Assembly: GCA_900299345.1 (NCBI GenBank)
Contig: OMJM01000071.1
Span: 1,985-65,984, forward strand
Direction of reading: 5' to 3'
DNA length: 64,000 bases
Origin: a bacterium
GTDB taxonomy: Bacteria; Fibrobacterota; Fibrobacteria; UBA11236
The number at the start of each line of letters is the position of its first letter. Within the stretch, counting starts at the first letter, position 1. The notes under the pieces were generated by a model. The model saw only the letters and a list, made by a program, of their open reading frames with translations. It did no database searches and was not told the DNA's origin. This document shows positions 47,057 to 57,532 of this stretch, piece by piece. Made by a program: the position numbers and the translations under genes.

Positions 47057-49855
47057 GTGACCCCGTCGCTGTATCTCATCGACGTGTCGGCACTGGCGTA
47101 CCGATCGTTCTTCGCCTTCATCAAGGCGCCGCTGAGAAATTCGAAGGGCGAGGAAACCTCCGCCATCTTCGGATTTTCGAATCACATCCTGCGCCTCATC
47201 GCGGAACGTAAACCCACGCATATCGCCTTTGTCAAGGATTTGAAGGGGCCGACCAAGCGCCACGAGAAATACGAGGAGTACAAAGCGCACCGCAAACCCA
47301 TGCCCGACGGATTGGTGTCGCAGCTTCCCATGATCGACGAGTTCGTCGAAAAGTCCGGACTGCGCACTGTGTCGCTCAAGGGTTACGAGGCCGATGATGT
47401 CATGGCCACGCTGGCGTTGCAGGCGCGCGCAAAGGGATTCAAGACCTACATCGTAACCCGCGACAAGGACATGATGCAACTGGTCGATGACTCCATTTTT
47501 CTGTTCGATCTCGGCAAGCAGAACGAAGATTCACTCGTGGTCGGCGCTGCCGAAGTCAAGGAGAAAATGGGTGTGGGGCCTGAGCATATCGTGGATCTGC
47601 TCTCGCTGATGGGAGACAGCTCAGATAATGTGCCGGGCGTTTCGTCCGTGGGCCCCAAGAGCGCGGTTGATCTGTTGCAAACCTACGGCTCGCTGGAAAA
47701 CATTTACAAGAACGTTGGAAGCATTTCGAAAAAAGGGTTGCGCGAAAATCTGATCAAGGACAGGGACAACGCCTTCCTGTCCAAGGAACTGGTCACGCTG
47801 CATACTGATCTCGAATTGCCGGTGACACTGGAAGATTTGAAATACACCGGTGTCAATGTGGAGGGTGTCCGCACTTTTCTGGAACGGTACGAGCTGAAGA
47901 GCGTGATCAAGTTGATTCCAGGTGCCTCAATGGATTCGATGCATTCGACAAGCACAGCAACCAAGGCTGTTGAACCGAAAGCTCTTTTACAGCAAGTGCC
48001 CGTCACAGATGAAGCTGCAAAACCAAAATCCGCAGGCACCTACACGCTCGTCAATGATGTCCATGGCTTGCGCATCCTGATCGACAAGCTGAAACATGCC
48101 AAGGTGTTGGCTGTGGACACCGAAACCACCGGACTGGATACCCGAACGGCCAGCTTGGTCGGCATCTGTCTTTCTTTCGAACCCGAGACAGGCTACTACC
48201 TCGCCCTCGGTCATACCGAAGGGCCCAATCTTGATCTGAACGATGTCGTCAAGGCGTTAAAGCCGATCTTCGACGATGCACATCGCACCATGGTATTTCA
48301 CAATGCCAAGTACGATCTGCCAATATTGGAAAGGCACGGATTCGAGTTGTTGCCCAGCCCTGACCGAAGTCGAACGGCGATGATTATTGACACCATGATC
48401 GCGGCCCATCTCTGCAGCGCTGGAGACCGCGCCGTATCACTTGATGATCTGGCCCTCAAGCATTTCCAGCACACCATGATTCCCATCGAAGCGCTGATCG
48501 GCAAGGGAAAGAACCAGAAGAGTTTCGCCGACACCCCGCAAGCCGAGGCCGCTGAGTACGGTGCCGAGGATGCCGATTTCACCTTGCGATTGTGGAACCT
48601 CTACGAAAAGGAACTGCGCGAAAAGGAACTCGAAAACCTGTTCCTTGAGATCGAAATGGCATTGCTGCCAGTCTTGATCGAAATGGAAACCTTGGGCGTG
48701 GCCGTGGACATCAAAGCCTTGCGCGGCCTGTCACGGGATTTGACCCAGGAATCTTTCCGGTTGGAACGAGAGATCCACGAGATCGCCGGGCATCCGTTCA
48801 ATGTCAGCTCCCCGACGCAGTTGCAGCAGGTCCTGTTTGAAGAGATGGGTCTCAAGACCGGGAAGAAAACCAAATCGGGTTATTCCACGGATGTCAGCGT
48901 GCTACAGAAGCTGGAAGATGAGCATCCCATCATCGGAAAGATCCTCGACTACCGTGAAATGAGCAAGCTGCGCGGGACCTATGCGGAAACGCTCCCGGAA
49001 CAGGCGGATGAGCATCACCGCATCCACACCAGCTATTCACAAGTGATCGCGGCCACGGGCCGGCTTTCCAGCATCAACCCCAACCTGCAGAATATCCCCA
49101 TCCGCACCGAACTGGGCCGCAAGATTCGAGGCTGCTTCGTCGCTCCACAGGGACGCGTCCTGCTCTGCGCCGATTACTCGCAGATAGAATTGCGTCTTCT
49201 GGCCCACCTCAGCGGCGATCCTGCGTTAAAGGAAGCCTATCAGAAAGGCCTCGACATTCACGCACGTACGGCCGCCGCTTTGTATGGCGTGGCGGAGGAT
49301 GACGTCACCTCGGACATGCGGCGTTCGGCGAAGGTGGTTAATTTCGGTGTGCTATATGGCATGGGCGCGCATCGCTTGGCGGGCCAGCTCAAGATTCCTT
49401 ATGCAGAAGCCAAACGGTTCATCGAGAATTACTTCGCCAGCTATGCCCGTGTGGATTTGTTCATCAAGGAGACCGTGGAAAAAGCACAGCGCTCCGGCTA
49501 CGTGGAAACACTCGCCGGTCGCAAACGTTATCTGCCGGATCTCCATTCCGACAATCGCATGATGCGGGAGAACGCCGAGCGCATCGCCGTGAACACACCC
49601 ATCCAGGGCAGCGCGGCGGATCTCATCAAAATTGCCATGATCCAGATTCACCATCGCTTGCAACGTGAAAAACTTTCGTGTGACATGCTCCTGCAAGTGC
49701 ACGATGAATTGGTCTTTGAGATCGAACCCGATTGCCTGAAAGAAGCCTCCGAAATCATCCGGCACGAAATGGAGCATGCCATGCAACTTTCCGTTCCGTT
49801 GATCGTGGACATGGGACATGGAAAAAACTGGTTGGAAGCGAAAGGTGGCGACTGA
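47057..49855 (+). CDS. polA: DNA polymerase I (5'-3' exo, 3'-5' exo, polymerase)
   Basis: 'EADD', 'DKD', 'GDSSDNVPGV', ExoI 'DTETT', 'DYSQIELR', 'VNFGVLYG', 'QVHDE'; GTG start. Confidence 0.98.
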   Translation: MTPSLYLIDVSALAYRSFFAFIKAPLRNSKGEETSAIFGFSNHILRLIAERKPTHIAFVKDLKGPTKRHEKYEEYKAHRKPMPDGLVSQLPMIDEFVEKSGLRTVSLKGYEADDVMATLALQARAKGFKTYIVTRDKDMMQLVDDSIFLFDLGKQNEDSLVVGAAEVKEKMGVGPEHIVDLLSLMGDSSDNVPGVSSVGPKSAVDLLQTYGSLENIYKNVGSISKKGLRENLIKDRDNAFLSKELVTLHTDLELPVTLEDLKYTGVNVEGVRTFLERYELKSVIKLIPGASMDSMHSTSTATKAVEPKALLQQVPVTDEAAKPKSAGTYTLVNDVHGLRILIDKLKHAKVLAVDTETTGLDTRTASLVGICLSFEPETGYYLALGHTEGPNLDLNDVVKALKPIFDDAHRTMVFHNAKYDLPILERHGFELLPSPDRSRTAMIIDTMIAAHLCSAGDRAVSLDDLALKHFQHTMIPIEALIGKGKNQKSFADTPQAEAAEYGAEDADFTLRLWNLYEKELREKELENLFLEIEMALLPVLIEMETLGVAVDIKALRGLSRDLTQESFRLEREIHEIAGHPFNVSSPTQLQQVLFEEMGLKTGKKTKSGYSTDVSVLQKLEDEHPIIGKILDYREMSKLRGTYAETLPEQADEHHRIHTSYSQVIAATGRLSSINPNLQNIPIRTELGRKIRGCFVAPQGRVLLCADYSQIELRLLAHLSGDPALKEAYQKGLDIHARTAAALYGVAEDDVTSDMRRSAKVVNFGVLYGMGAHRLAGQLKIPYAEAKRFIENYFASYARVDLFIKETVEKAQRSGYVETLAGRKRYLPDLHSDNRMMRENAERIAVNTPIQGSAADLIKIAMIQIHHRLQREKLSCDMLLQVHDELVFEIEPDCLKEASEIIRHEMEHAMQLSVPLIVDMGHGKNWLEAKGGD

Positions 49856-50463
49856 TGTCGCGCATCCTGATCGGAGTCACGGGCAATGTTGCCTCCGGCA
49901 AGAGCGTGGTGGCCCGCCATTTTCAGGAAAAGGGCTGTGCCCTCGTGGATGCGGACAAGGTCGCCCACGAGCTGTATGCAACGAACACCGGGCTGCTGCG
50001 TCAGCTCGCGTCCGAATTCGGCTCGGAGATCATGAACCCCGACGGGACCTTGAATCGCAAGCGTCTTGGCCATGAAGTCTTCGGAGACGCCGAGGCGCTG
50101 ATGGCGCTGGATCGCATCGTGCACCCGCATCTGCTGGTGGCCTTGCGCGAACGCATTTTCACGGCACGACGGGTAATGAACCGGGCCGTGCTCGACGCCG
50201 CACTGATCGTGGAATGGGGCGCGCGCCGGGAAATGGACTGCCTGGTATTGGTGACGGCGCCGGAAGAAGTACGGTTGCGGCGGTTGATGGAACGCGACGG
50301 GTTGAGCATGGACGAGGCGTCGCGACGGATTCGCAGCCAGATCCCCGAGGACGACAAGCGACCCTTCGCGGATTTCGAGATCACGAACACGGGAACACCG
50401 GAACAATTGCTGGAAAAGGCGGACGCGGTGTGGCAGGCCATCGAGGCGAAGTTCGCGGAATGA
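49855..50463 (+). CDS. coaE: Dephospho-CoA kinase
   Basis: 'IGVTGNVASGKS', 'DAD', 'LNRKRL', 'HP', 'RIRSQ'; TGATG overlap with polA. Confidence 0.93.
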   Translation: MSRILIGVTGNVASGKSVVARHFQEKGCALVDADKVAHELYATNTGLLRQLASEFGSEIMNPDGTLNRKRLGHEVFGDAEALMALDRIVHPHLLVALRERIFTARRVMNRAVLDAALIVEWGARREMDCLVLVTAPEEVRLRRLMERDGLSMDEASRRIRSQIPEDDKRPFADFEITNTGTPEQLLEKADAVWQAIEAKFAE

Positions 50464-51185
50464 ACCGGAGGCTCTTGTGGATGGGTTTGGCGGGAATTCT
50501 CCTCGGCATCTCCATCGGCTTCTGGCAAAAACACTCACCGCGAGATCCGCTGGCAAAGCTTTTTCCCGAAGAGAAACTTCGCGGCCGGGTGGAAGGCGCT
50601 CGGGTTTCCATCGTCTCCGATCTTTCCTCGAAATCCATCGGTGGCGGAGACGTGTTGTTGGCGCGCGTGATTCTTCCTTTTCACGTGGATGCAAACCGAC
50701 TCGACCCCACCAGTCTCGGCATCCTGCAGGGTGTTTTACGTCAACAACCGAATACAGACTGGATCTGCATCTTCATCGCCGAAGATAGCGCCCTGGCCGC
50801 CACGTCGAATTGGGTTTCAATTGCGGAATATCATCGCGGAGAAATCACCTTGCGCGGCGGTCATCCCTCCCCTGTTCAGATCGATTCTTTGCAATCGCTC
50901 GGCATTCCGGCACATCGCCCCGACTCCGCGGAAGCCGCGTTGGTGAACGAAACCTTCGTCGCGCATCCAGGCCTGCGGGCCGCGCGCTGGAAACTTTCAC
51001 AAACTTTGCGCGGCGCCACTTCCGCAAGTTTGAATCAGGAAGAATTCTTCAAGTTGGAACTCGACACCCGTACACTCTTCGACGTCGAAAAAAAACATGG
51101 GATGACGGGAGAACAACTCCGCCAGAAAATTTTGGGCGTTGTTCGGTATTATTGGTTGAGGATGGGCGAAGCGCGGGAACCGTGA
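50460..51185 (+). CDS. Hypothetical membrane-anchored protein
   Basis: ATGA overlap with coaE; single N-terminal hydrophobic segment. Confidence 0.65.
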   Translation: MNRRLLWMGLAGILLGISIGFWQKHSPRDPLAKLFPEEKLRGRVEGARVSIVSDLSSKSIGGGDVLLARVILPFHVDANRLDPTSLGILQGVLRQQPNTDWICIFIAEDSALAATSNWVSIAEYHRGEITLRGGHPSPVQIDSLQSLGIPAHRPDSAEAALVNETFVAHPGLRAARWKLSQTLRGATSASLNQEEFFKLELDTRTLFDVEKKHGMTGEQLRQKILGVVRYYWLRMGEAREP

Positions 51186-51614
51186 CTAAAACTTCGCCTT
51201 GACCGAGTCGAAGTAAGCCTGATCCTCAGGCTCCAGCAAACCGTGGAGCGTCGCCGAGGAAATTTCGACACGAACTCCGGCCGTGTCCCCTGTCGCCATC
51301 TTGGAACGAAGCCGATTGACGATCTCCTTTTCCCGCTCTCCCATGGATTCCATCGAATCAAGACGGGCATAAATGAGACTGTCATGCGCCGTGGTCAGGT
51401 ACTGCGCGTTCTTCAGTTCCTCATACACCTTGGACGCCTCGCGGAAGTCACCCTTTTGAAACAGGGAATCAGCCTCATTGAACCGTTTCATGGAAGAACT
51501 TTTCTGATACTGGTAATAGAAGGTGAACCCGCCGACCAGCAGCAGCACACAGATGCCGACGACCCAATCCCAGAACGTCGAGGGCTTCTTCTCTTCTTTT
51601 TCCAGAAAACTCAT
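51186..51614 (-). CDS. Hypothetical single-TM protein with a TPR-like helical domain
   Basis: TM at about residues 15-33; 'ADSLFQKGDFREASKVYE'. Confidence 0.6.
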   Translation of the reverse strand: MSFLEKEEKKPSTFWDWVVGICVLLLVGGFTFYYQYQKSSSMKRFNEADSLFQKGDFREASKVYEELKNAQYLTTAHDSLIYARLDSMESMGEREKEIVNRLRSKMATGDTAGVRVEISSATLHGLLEPEDQAYFDSVKAKF

Positions 51615-52234
51615 GCCATGCCTTCCATACGCACGCGGCGAACGGGGAAAAGTTTAGCTATTGCGCGCCGGGCCAGCAGCGACCATGGAAGCGCGGCCAC
51701 ACCCATGCAACCATAGGCCAAAACCCGGGCCGCAGAAAACCCGCCTGCGAGCCGCACATGCAAGGAGGGTGTCTGATCCTGAAAGCGGAAATGAACTTGC
51801 ATTCGTCGCGTCAGAAAAGGCTGAGCGGCATACCAGTAACCGGCAGCACGGCCCAGCCGCGCCGGGTCCGGATATCCCACGGAACAATCGATCCGCATGT
51901 TGAGCATTCCAATCGCCAGGCGGAGAAGGCGGAAACCGGAAGCCAGTAAAGATTTCATTAGTTGCCGATCCGAAAGCATTCGAATCATACCGCGCAACTT
52001 CTTGGGACTTAAACGACGCTTCTCGGTGGTTTTATGTGATTCAGCGGAAATGGATTCTTCCCGCTCTTTCCCCGAAAAATCCCACGGGCGCATGAATCCC
52101 GGAAGCCCATATTCCAGCGAGGCCGAAAAATCGGAACCCGCCTGCCAGTTCAGCTCATAACGGACACGAAACAGGAAAAGAAGGAGGATCGAACATCCGG
52201 CGATGGAAAGGAGAATCCAAGCCCATAGAGGCAT
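51611..52234 (-). CDS. Hypothetical membrane protein (DUF2953-like)
   Basis: N-terminal TM; 'GYPDPARLGRAAG' resembles the DUF2953 G..DpA.tG motif; ATGA overlap. Confidence 0.5.
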   Translation of the reverse strand: MPLWAWILLSIAGCSILLLFLFRVRYELNWQAGSDFSASLEYGLPGFMRPWDFSGKEREESISAESHKTTEKRRLSPKKLRGMIRMLSDRQLMKSLLASGFRLLRLAIGMLNMRIDCSVGYPDPARLGRAAGYWYAAQPFLTRRMQVHFRFQDQTPSLHVRLAGGFSAARVLAYGCMGVAALPWSLLARRAIAKLFPVRRVRMEGMA

Positions 52235-52242
52235 GAGACAAC

Positions 52243-52896
52243 CTACGCGCCAGAAGAGCTTTTTTTTGCCGCCGTCTGACCGCCGGACCTGGATTTCACA
52301 TTGTCAGCCGTTTTGGAGGACGCATCGCCTTTGGCTTTTTGTTCCACCTTGGTGATTAGAGCGTCCACAGTATTCTTCGCCAGAATTTTCTTGAACTGAT
52401 CCCCGTAATTGCCAGCTGTGCTGAGATCATCGATTACCAAATCCCAAGCTTTCCAGGCGCCCTGCTTCATCAGCAGCTTGTATACCACCACCGACTGGCT
52501 GCCCTTGGAAAACACATGCGCGGTGACGGAGGATTTTTCACCTTCTGTTTCAGGAGCTTCGTAACGCGTCGAGTCGTTCAGATAGGCGTCAAGCCGCTTG
52601 ACGGAGGAATTCTCTATCATGGAACGGAAAGCCTGTACGAAACGGGTCTGCTGCTTCGGGGTCATCTTGCCCCATGTCGCTGGACCCAGAGCGCGCTTAC
52701 CCAGTTCCTCGAAGTCGAAGATACCGTTGATGAGGATCTTCAGCCGGTCGATTTTTCCGGGGGCATCCTTGGTTCGCAACAGCTTTTGCAGTTCCACGTC
52801 CTTGGTCCGGATGGCTTCCACCGGGTCCGTAGCTGCTGCGGTCATCGATACGGTCGCCGCCAGTAATCCCGTGATCCAGAACATTCCCTTGCGCAT
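52243..52896 (-). CDS. MlaC/Ttg2D-like periplasmic phospholipid-binding protein
   Basis: Signal peptide; 'FDFEELGKRALG', 'WKAWDLVIDDLST..NYGDQF'; alternative start 52911. Confidence 0.85.
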   Translation of the reverse strand: MRKGMFWITGLLAATVSMTAAATDPVEAIRTKDVELQKLLRTKDAPGKIDRLKILINGIFDFEELGKRALGPATWGKMTPKQQTRFVQAFRSMIENSSVKRLDAYLNDSTRYEAPETEGEKSSVTAHVFSKGSQSVVVYKLLMKQGAWKAWDLVIDDLSTAGNYGDQFKKILAKNTVDALITKVEQKAKGDASSKTADNVKSRSGGQTAAKKSSSGA

Positions 52897-52900
52897 CGAA

Positions 52901-54358
52901 CTATCCCCCATTTTTGCCGTTCAAGCTATGAAAATAGTCCGGCAGGGTCCATCCCACCGCCTTGAAAAGCTGAGCCACGGTAATGTTGTATTCCAGCACG
53001 GACTTGTAGTAATCGCGTTGCGCGGTGAGGGATTGTTTGAAGGGTGAAATCAACTCCCTGCTGCCGCCTGAGGCATCCAGATCGTACTTCATGGCCTCGC
53101 CCTTGAGCCACGCCTTGGCGGCCCGCATGGATTTCTCCGCTGCCTCCACGTCTGCACGCGATTTGAGCAACCGGACATAGGCGTCTTCCACCTTGAGTAA
53201 CAACCCGCGCGCCGCATACACTTCGGTCCGTTCCAGTTGACGAAGCTCCAGTCGTTCCTTGCGGTATTTCTGATATCGCGACCAAAAATTGAGTTGAAGT
53301 TTGACACCGAGTCCGCCCACGGCGGTGATCTCATTCAAGGGATCGCGTGCAAAAGGATTGCTTCCGCCGGACAGACGATCCGAGGACCACGCCTTGGTGT
53401 ACTTGAAGCTGCCGAAGAGAAAAATGTCCGGACCGATTTCACCCTGCGCCACCTTGAGCAATTCCTGCCGCGCGGCGAGACCATTCTTCAAACGCTTGAG
53501 ATCGGGATGATCGCGCAGCAGCGACAGCTTGAGCGAATCAAGCGAAGGAATCACCTCGGGCCGCACGGAAAGCACCGAATCCGACAGCGGCATCTCCAAG
53601 CTGTCCGGCCAGGCCAGCACAAAACGCATTCCCAACGCGGTGCGCGACACCCCCAATTGGGCCTCGTTCACGCTTTGATCCAAGCTGAAGCGGCCCGCCT
53701 TGAGTTGGAGCAGATCCGTCTGCGAAACGCCGTCCTCCCCCCTGTCCAGTTGTTCAGTCATTTTTTTCTGTGCCCTGTCGAGATCATGTCGGGCCGAATC
53801 CAGAATATCATGCATCGTCAATGCCAGTAGGCGCTGATAATAAAGCGTCTGCGCTTCTTCTGAGACGTCCAATTGCTCCTTCTTGAATTCCGCCGAGGTG
53901 ACATCGATTTGCCGTTCCGAAGCCCGACGCCCGGCGCGGTAGCGAGCCACGTTCAACGGCTGTGCAATGTCTGCTTCGAAACCGAAGAACGGCCCCCACT
54001 CTCCAAAGTTGAATTCTTTCTGGGTCTGCTTGACCGTATCTCCACCCGTTGTAACCAACGAGTAATCCGGGACTAGATGAAGACCTGGAGCCGGGCCCAT
54101 GCCCATGGAGACTTCGAACTTGGGAAGAATCGCACCGAGGTTTACGTCTCTGAGTTTTTCTTTGGCTTTATCGACTTCCAGTTCTTTTTCGAACAAAATC
54201 GGGTCGCGGGCTAGGGCCAAGCTCTCGGCGATGGCGCAGGTCAAGGGAGCCGTGACGGGTGGAACAGGGGTTTCAGCGGTTGCAAGGGAAAACGGCAGGG
54301 CGACACCCAGACCCAAGACCCCCGCCCGAAAGCCGGTGAACAAAGCGCGGAATTGCAT
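52901..54358 (-). CDS. TolC family outer-membrane protein
   Basis: Signal peptide; two OEP-like halves with long helices and short beta-hairpins. Confidence 0.8.
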   Translation of the reverse strand: MQFRALFTGFRAGVLGLGVALPFSLATAETPVPPVTAPLTCAIAESLALARDPILFEKELEVDKAKEKLRDVNLGAILPKFEVSMGMGPAPGLHLVPDYSLVTTGGDTVKQTQKEFNFGEWGPFFGFEADIAQPLNVARYRAGRRASERQIDVTSAEFKKEQLDVSEEAQTLYYQRLLALTMHDILDSARHDLDRAQKKMTEQLDRGEDGVSQTDLLQLKAGRFSLDQSVNEAQLGVSRTALGMRFVLAWPDSLEMPLSDSVLSVRPEVIPSLDSLKLSLLRDHPDLKRLKNGLAARQELLKVAQGEIGPDIFLFGSFKYTKAWSSDRLSGGSNPFARDPLNEITAVGGLGVKLQLNFWSRYQKYRKERLELRQLERTEVYAARGLLLKVEDAYVRLLKSRADVEAAEKSMRAAKAWLKGEAMKYDLDASGGSRELISPFKQSLTAQRDYYKSVLEYNITVAQLFKAVGWTLPDYFHSLNGKNGG

Positions 54359-54416
54359 GCGAACAGCAAGAATTTAGTTATCCCGTCACGCCGGGTTTTA
54401 AGCATTTTATCCCACA

Positions 54417-55226
54417 ATGCAGTCTGCTCCGAAACGGGAACCCTCTTTCGCGGAACAGGTGGGTGGCTGGACCCAGGACGGGCTGCGCGAAATCCGCACC
54501 CTTGCTTTGCTGCTCTCGGAGTCCCTGTACCACTCTACCCTCGGGCTGCGAAAACCCAAGACCTTGCTTCCCGGCGCCACCGCACTGCAAATGATGCGCC
54601 TCGGGAGCGGCGCGCTTCCCATCGTCCTGATGCTCTCGGCCTTGATCGGATTCACTTTGGCCATGCAATCCGGATTTCAACTGCAGAAATACGGGGCCTT
54701 GATCTTTCTCGCCGACGGCGTGGGCATGAGCATGGTGATGGAAATCGGCCCGGTGATGACGGCGGTGATCCTCGCCGGACGATCCGGAAGCGCCATCACC
54801 GCGGAAATTGCCACGATGGTGGTGCAGGAAGAAGTGGCAGCTTTACGCTCCATGGCAATCAATCCTGTTCACTATCTGGTGCTGCCCCGTTTCTGGGCGT
54901 TGAGCGTCACCCAACCTTTGCTCACAGTGGCCTCCTGTCTGGCCGGAATCCTGAGCGGGTTGGCCGTGGGCGTTCTGTTTTTCCAACTGTCCCCGAGCAA
55001 TTTCATGGACGAGCTCCAGCAGGCCATACCCATGCGCTACGTGTGGCAGGGAGTGATCAAGTCGGTCACCTTCGCTTGGCTGATCGTATTCATCTCCGTA
55101 TCGAAGGGGCTGAACGTACGTGGCGGAGCGGATGCTGTGGGTCGCGCGACGACGGCCTGTGTGGTGAACTGCATCTTCGCCATCATCCTTGCGGACGCAG
55201 TGTATTCCTTCATCTTCTACATGTAA
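54417..55226 (+). CDS. mlaE: MlaE family ABC permease
   Basis: 'EIGPVMTAVILAGRSGSAITAEIATM..QEEVAALRSM', 'VG.ATT'. Confidence 0.92.
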   Translation: MQSAPKREPSFAEQVGGWTQDGLREIRTLALLLSESLYHSTLGLRKPKTLLPGATALQMMRLGSGALPIVLMLSALIGFTLAMQSGFQLQKYGALIFLADGVGMSMVMEIGPVMTAVILAGRSGSAITAEIATMVVQEEVAALRSMAINPVHYLVLPRFWALSVTQPLLTVASCLAGILSGLAVGVLFFQLSPSNFMDELQQAIPMRYVWQGVIKSVTFAWLIVFISVSKGLNVRGGADAVGRATTACVVNCIFAIILADAVYSFIFYM

Positions 55227-55230
55227 ACAC

Positions 55231-55992
55231 ATGACTTCCTCCACACCCCTTCGCGTCCAAGGCCTGCGCGCCGGATATGGCGAGCAGCAAGTCTTGAACG
55301 GCGTGGATCTTGAAGTTGCCAAAGGCGAGATCCGCATTGTGCTGGGATCTTCGGGTTGCGGCAAATCCACCTTATTGAAAAACGTTGCGGGACTGGAACA
55401 GCCTTGGGCCGGCGACGTGGTACTGTTGGAAAAAAAACTGGATTGGTCGGAAGGCGTTCCACCCGGTGAGTTCTTCGAGAATATTGGCATACTGTTTCAA
55501 GGAGGCGCCTTGATCTCCTCACTCACGGTGGGTGAAAACGTGGGTTTGCCGTTGCGCATCCGACAGCGAAACATGCCGTCTGCGGCCTTACGCGAAAAAG
55601 TGCGTTTCAAGCTGCGCCAAGTCGGCCTCGAAGGCGCGGAGGACAAACTTCCGGGAGAACTGTCCGGTGGTATGCGCAAACGCGCCGGATTGGCTCGCGC
55701 ACTGGCAGCGGATCCTGAACTGCTTTTCTGCGATGAACCCTCGGCGGGATTGGACCCCGTCACCTCGCGGGAACTCGACGATCTGCTGCTGGAATTGCGG
55801 GATTCACTCCGAATCACCATGGTCGTAGTCACCCACGAGCTTGAATCCATCCGCGCCATCGCGGATCGCATTACCTTTCTCTCCAAGGGACACGTAATCT
55901 TCGACGGTATTCTGAACGACGCCGCAAGAAACAGCCCGCAGGAAGTTCAGGACTTTCTGGCCCGACGAGCCACTTTCCACAAGGAAAGCTGA
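55231..55992 (+). CDS. mlaF: MlaF family ABC ATP-binding protein
   Basis: GSSGCGKS, LSGGMRKRAGLARA, DEPSAGLDP, VVTHE. Confidence 0.92.
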   Translation: MTSSTPLRVQGLRAGYGEQQVLNGVDLEVAKGEIRIVLGSSGCGKSTLLKNVAGLEQPWAGDVVLLEKKLDWSEGVPPGEFFENIGILFQGGALISSLTVGENVGLPLRIRQRNMPSAALREKVRFKLRQVGLEGAEDKLPGELSGGMRKRAGLARALAADPELLFCDEPSAGLDPVTSRELDDLLLELRDSLRITMVVVTHELESIRAIADRITFLSKGHVIFDGILNDAARNSPQEVQDFLARRATFHKES

Positions 55993-56876
55993 TGGAAGCC
56001 ACACGCGCGGAAAAAGCCAGGTTGGGGATTTTCATCATCGCCCTGTGTGCTGCCTTTTTTGTGTCCATCGCGTTTCTCGTCGGCATGCGACTGGCTGTAA
56101 AAACAGATCTCTACTTCACGCGACTGGAAGAATCCGTCACAGGCCTGGAATCCGGCTCGACGGTGAAGCAGAACGGCGTGGACATCGGCAAGGTCGTATC
56201 GATCACCACCGACAGCGGCGACGTTCAGAAGTCCATCGTGAAATTCCGGGTCACGCATGGAACACCCATGAAAAGCGACATGACGGCTTCGCTCGGCAGT
56301 TACGGCATCACCGGACTCAAGTATCTGGAAATCACGGGCGGATCCTATGGTGCTTCCAATGTTGCACCCGGGGGCGAAGTGCGATCCAGCCTTTCCATGA
56401 TCGGACGCTTCACCTTGCGCGCTGATTCCATCGCCATCAAGGTGGATCGACTTCTGGGCAATGCCATTGCCATCACGGAGACACAAAACCGCGAACATCT
56501 CAACCATCTCATGGAATCTTCCGCCTCGCTCGCGGCCTCGCTCGACTCGCTGACCCGCGACATTCAGGGCGTGCGGCCCGGGCGCCACGTGGCAAAAATC
56601 CTCGACGCGACGGAAAGCGCCGTGGAAGAATTGCGCGGCAAAATTCACCGTGCCGACATCGACGGAACACTCAAGGAATACCGCCAGACCGCGCAGGCCG
56701 CGCAGAAGGCGGTGCAAACTTTGGACGCCACGGCGCGACGTACGCAGGAGGATTTGGGAACTGCGCTCATCAGCCTCAAGGAAGCCTTAAAAAACATGGA
56801 AGTATTCACTCGCCAGATTCGCGACAACCCCTCATTGTTACTGCGCGGCGAGGATAAGCAGGAGCGCAGACGGTGA
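55992..56876 (+). CDS. MlaD/MCE domain protein with a helical extension
   Basis: N-terminal TM; 'GLESGSTVKQNGVDIGKV'; 'GITGLKYLEI'; C-terminal 'NPSLLLRG'. Confidence 0.9.
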   Translation: MEATRAEKARLGIFIIALCAAFFVSIAFLVGMRLAVKTDLYFTRLEESVTGLESGSTVKQNGVDIGKVVSITTDSGDVQKSIVKFRVTHGTPMKSDMTASLGSYGITGLKYLEITGGSYGASNVAPGGEVRSSLSMIGRFTLRADSIAIKVDRLLGNAIAITETQNREHLNHLMESSASLAASLDSLTRDIQGVRPGRHVAKILDATESAVEELRGKIHRADIDGTLKEYRQTAQAAQKAVQTLDATARRTQEDLGTALISLKEALKNMEVFTRQIRDNPSLLLRGEDKQERRR

Positions 56877-57529
56877 AATTTTTTACCCCTCCTTTCGCCA
56901 TTGTGATCGGAGCCCTGTTGCTTTCAGGCTGTTTCTTCGGCCGTGTTCCCGACAGCAAGTATTACATGCTGGATTACGTCCCCGCCCCTCCGACGGAACG
57001 GCTCAAGCAGGGACCCTACCATTTGGTGTTGAAAGTACGCGACCCGACCATCGCGGAGGCCTACCGGCGGACTCAAATCGTCTACCGCCAGAGTGCCTAC
57101 CAGATGCAGTTCTATTCCTTCCACCTCTGGGCCGTGGACCCGGACCGTATGATCGGCGATTTGCTGATCAAACATTTGCGCGCGGCCCGGTTGTTCGACA
57201 ATGTGACTCGTTCAGTGGAATCCTATTCACCGGATTACCAGCTCACCTGCGACGTGCAGGCCATCGAGGAATACGACGGTCAGGACGCATGGTATGCGCA
57301 CCTCGCCATCGAATACCAGTTGATCGAAGAGGAAAGCGGGAAGGTGGTCTGGAAAAAGCTTTTCGATCTGCGCAAAGCCGTGGGGCAACAGCAGCCGGTT
57401 TATGTGGTACGCGAATTGTCCGCGTTGCTGGAAACCATGCACGATCGCCTGACACAGGAACTCGAAGTCGCCATCGAGGAATCGGAAGAAGACACGACGG
57501 ATACCGGGAGTTCCCCGGCCGCGCATTAA
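56873..57529 (+). CDS. ABC-type transport auxiliary lipoprotein (PqiC-like)
   Basis: Lipobox LSGC; 'YYML', 'IVYR', 'W...P'; GTGA overlap with the MCE gene. Confidence 0.8.
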   Translation: MKFFTPPFAIVIGALLLSGCFFGRVPDSKYYMLDYVPAPPTERLKQGPYHLVLKVRDPTIAEAYRRTQIVYRQSAYQMQFYSFHLWAVDPDRMIGDLLIKHLRAARLFDNVTRSVESYSPDYQLTCDVQAIEEYDGQDAWYAHLAIEYQLIEEESGKVVWKKLFDLRKAVGQQQPVYVVRELSALLETMHDRLTQELEVAIEESEEDTTDTGSSPAAH

Positions 57530-57532
57530 CCC

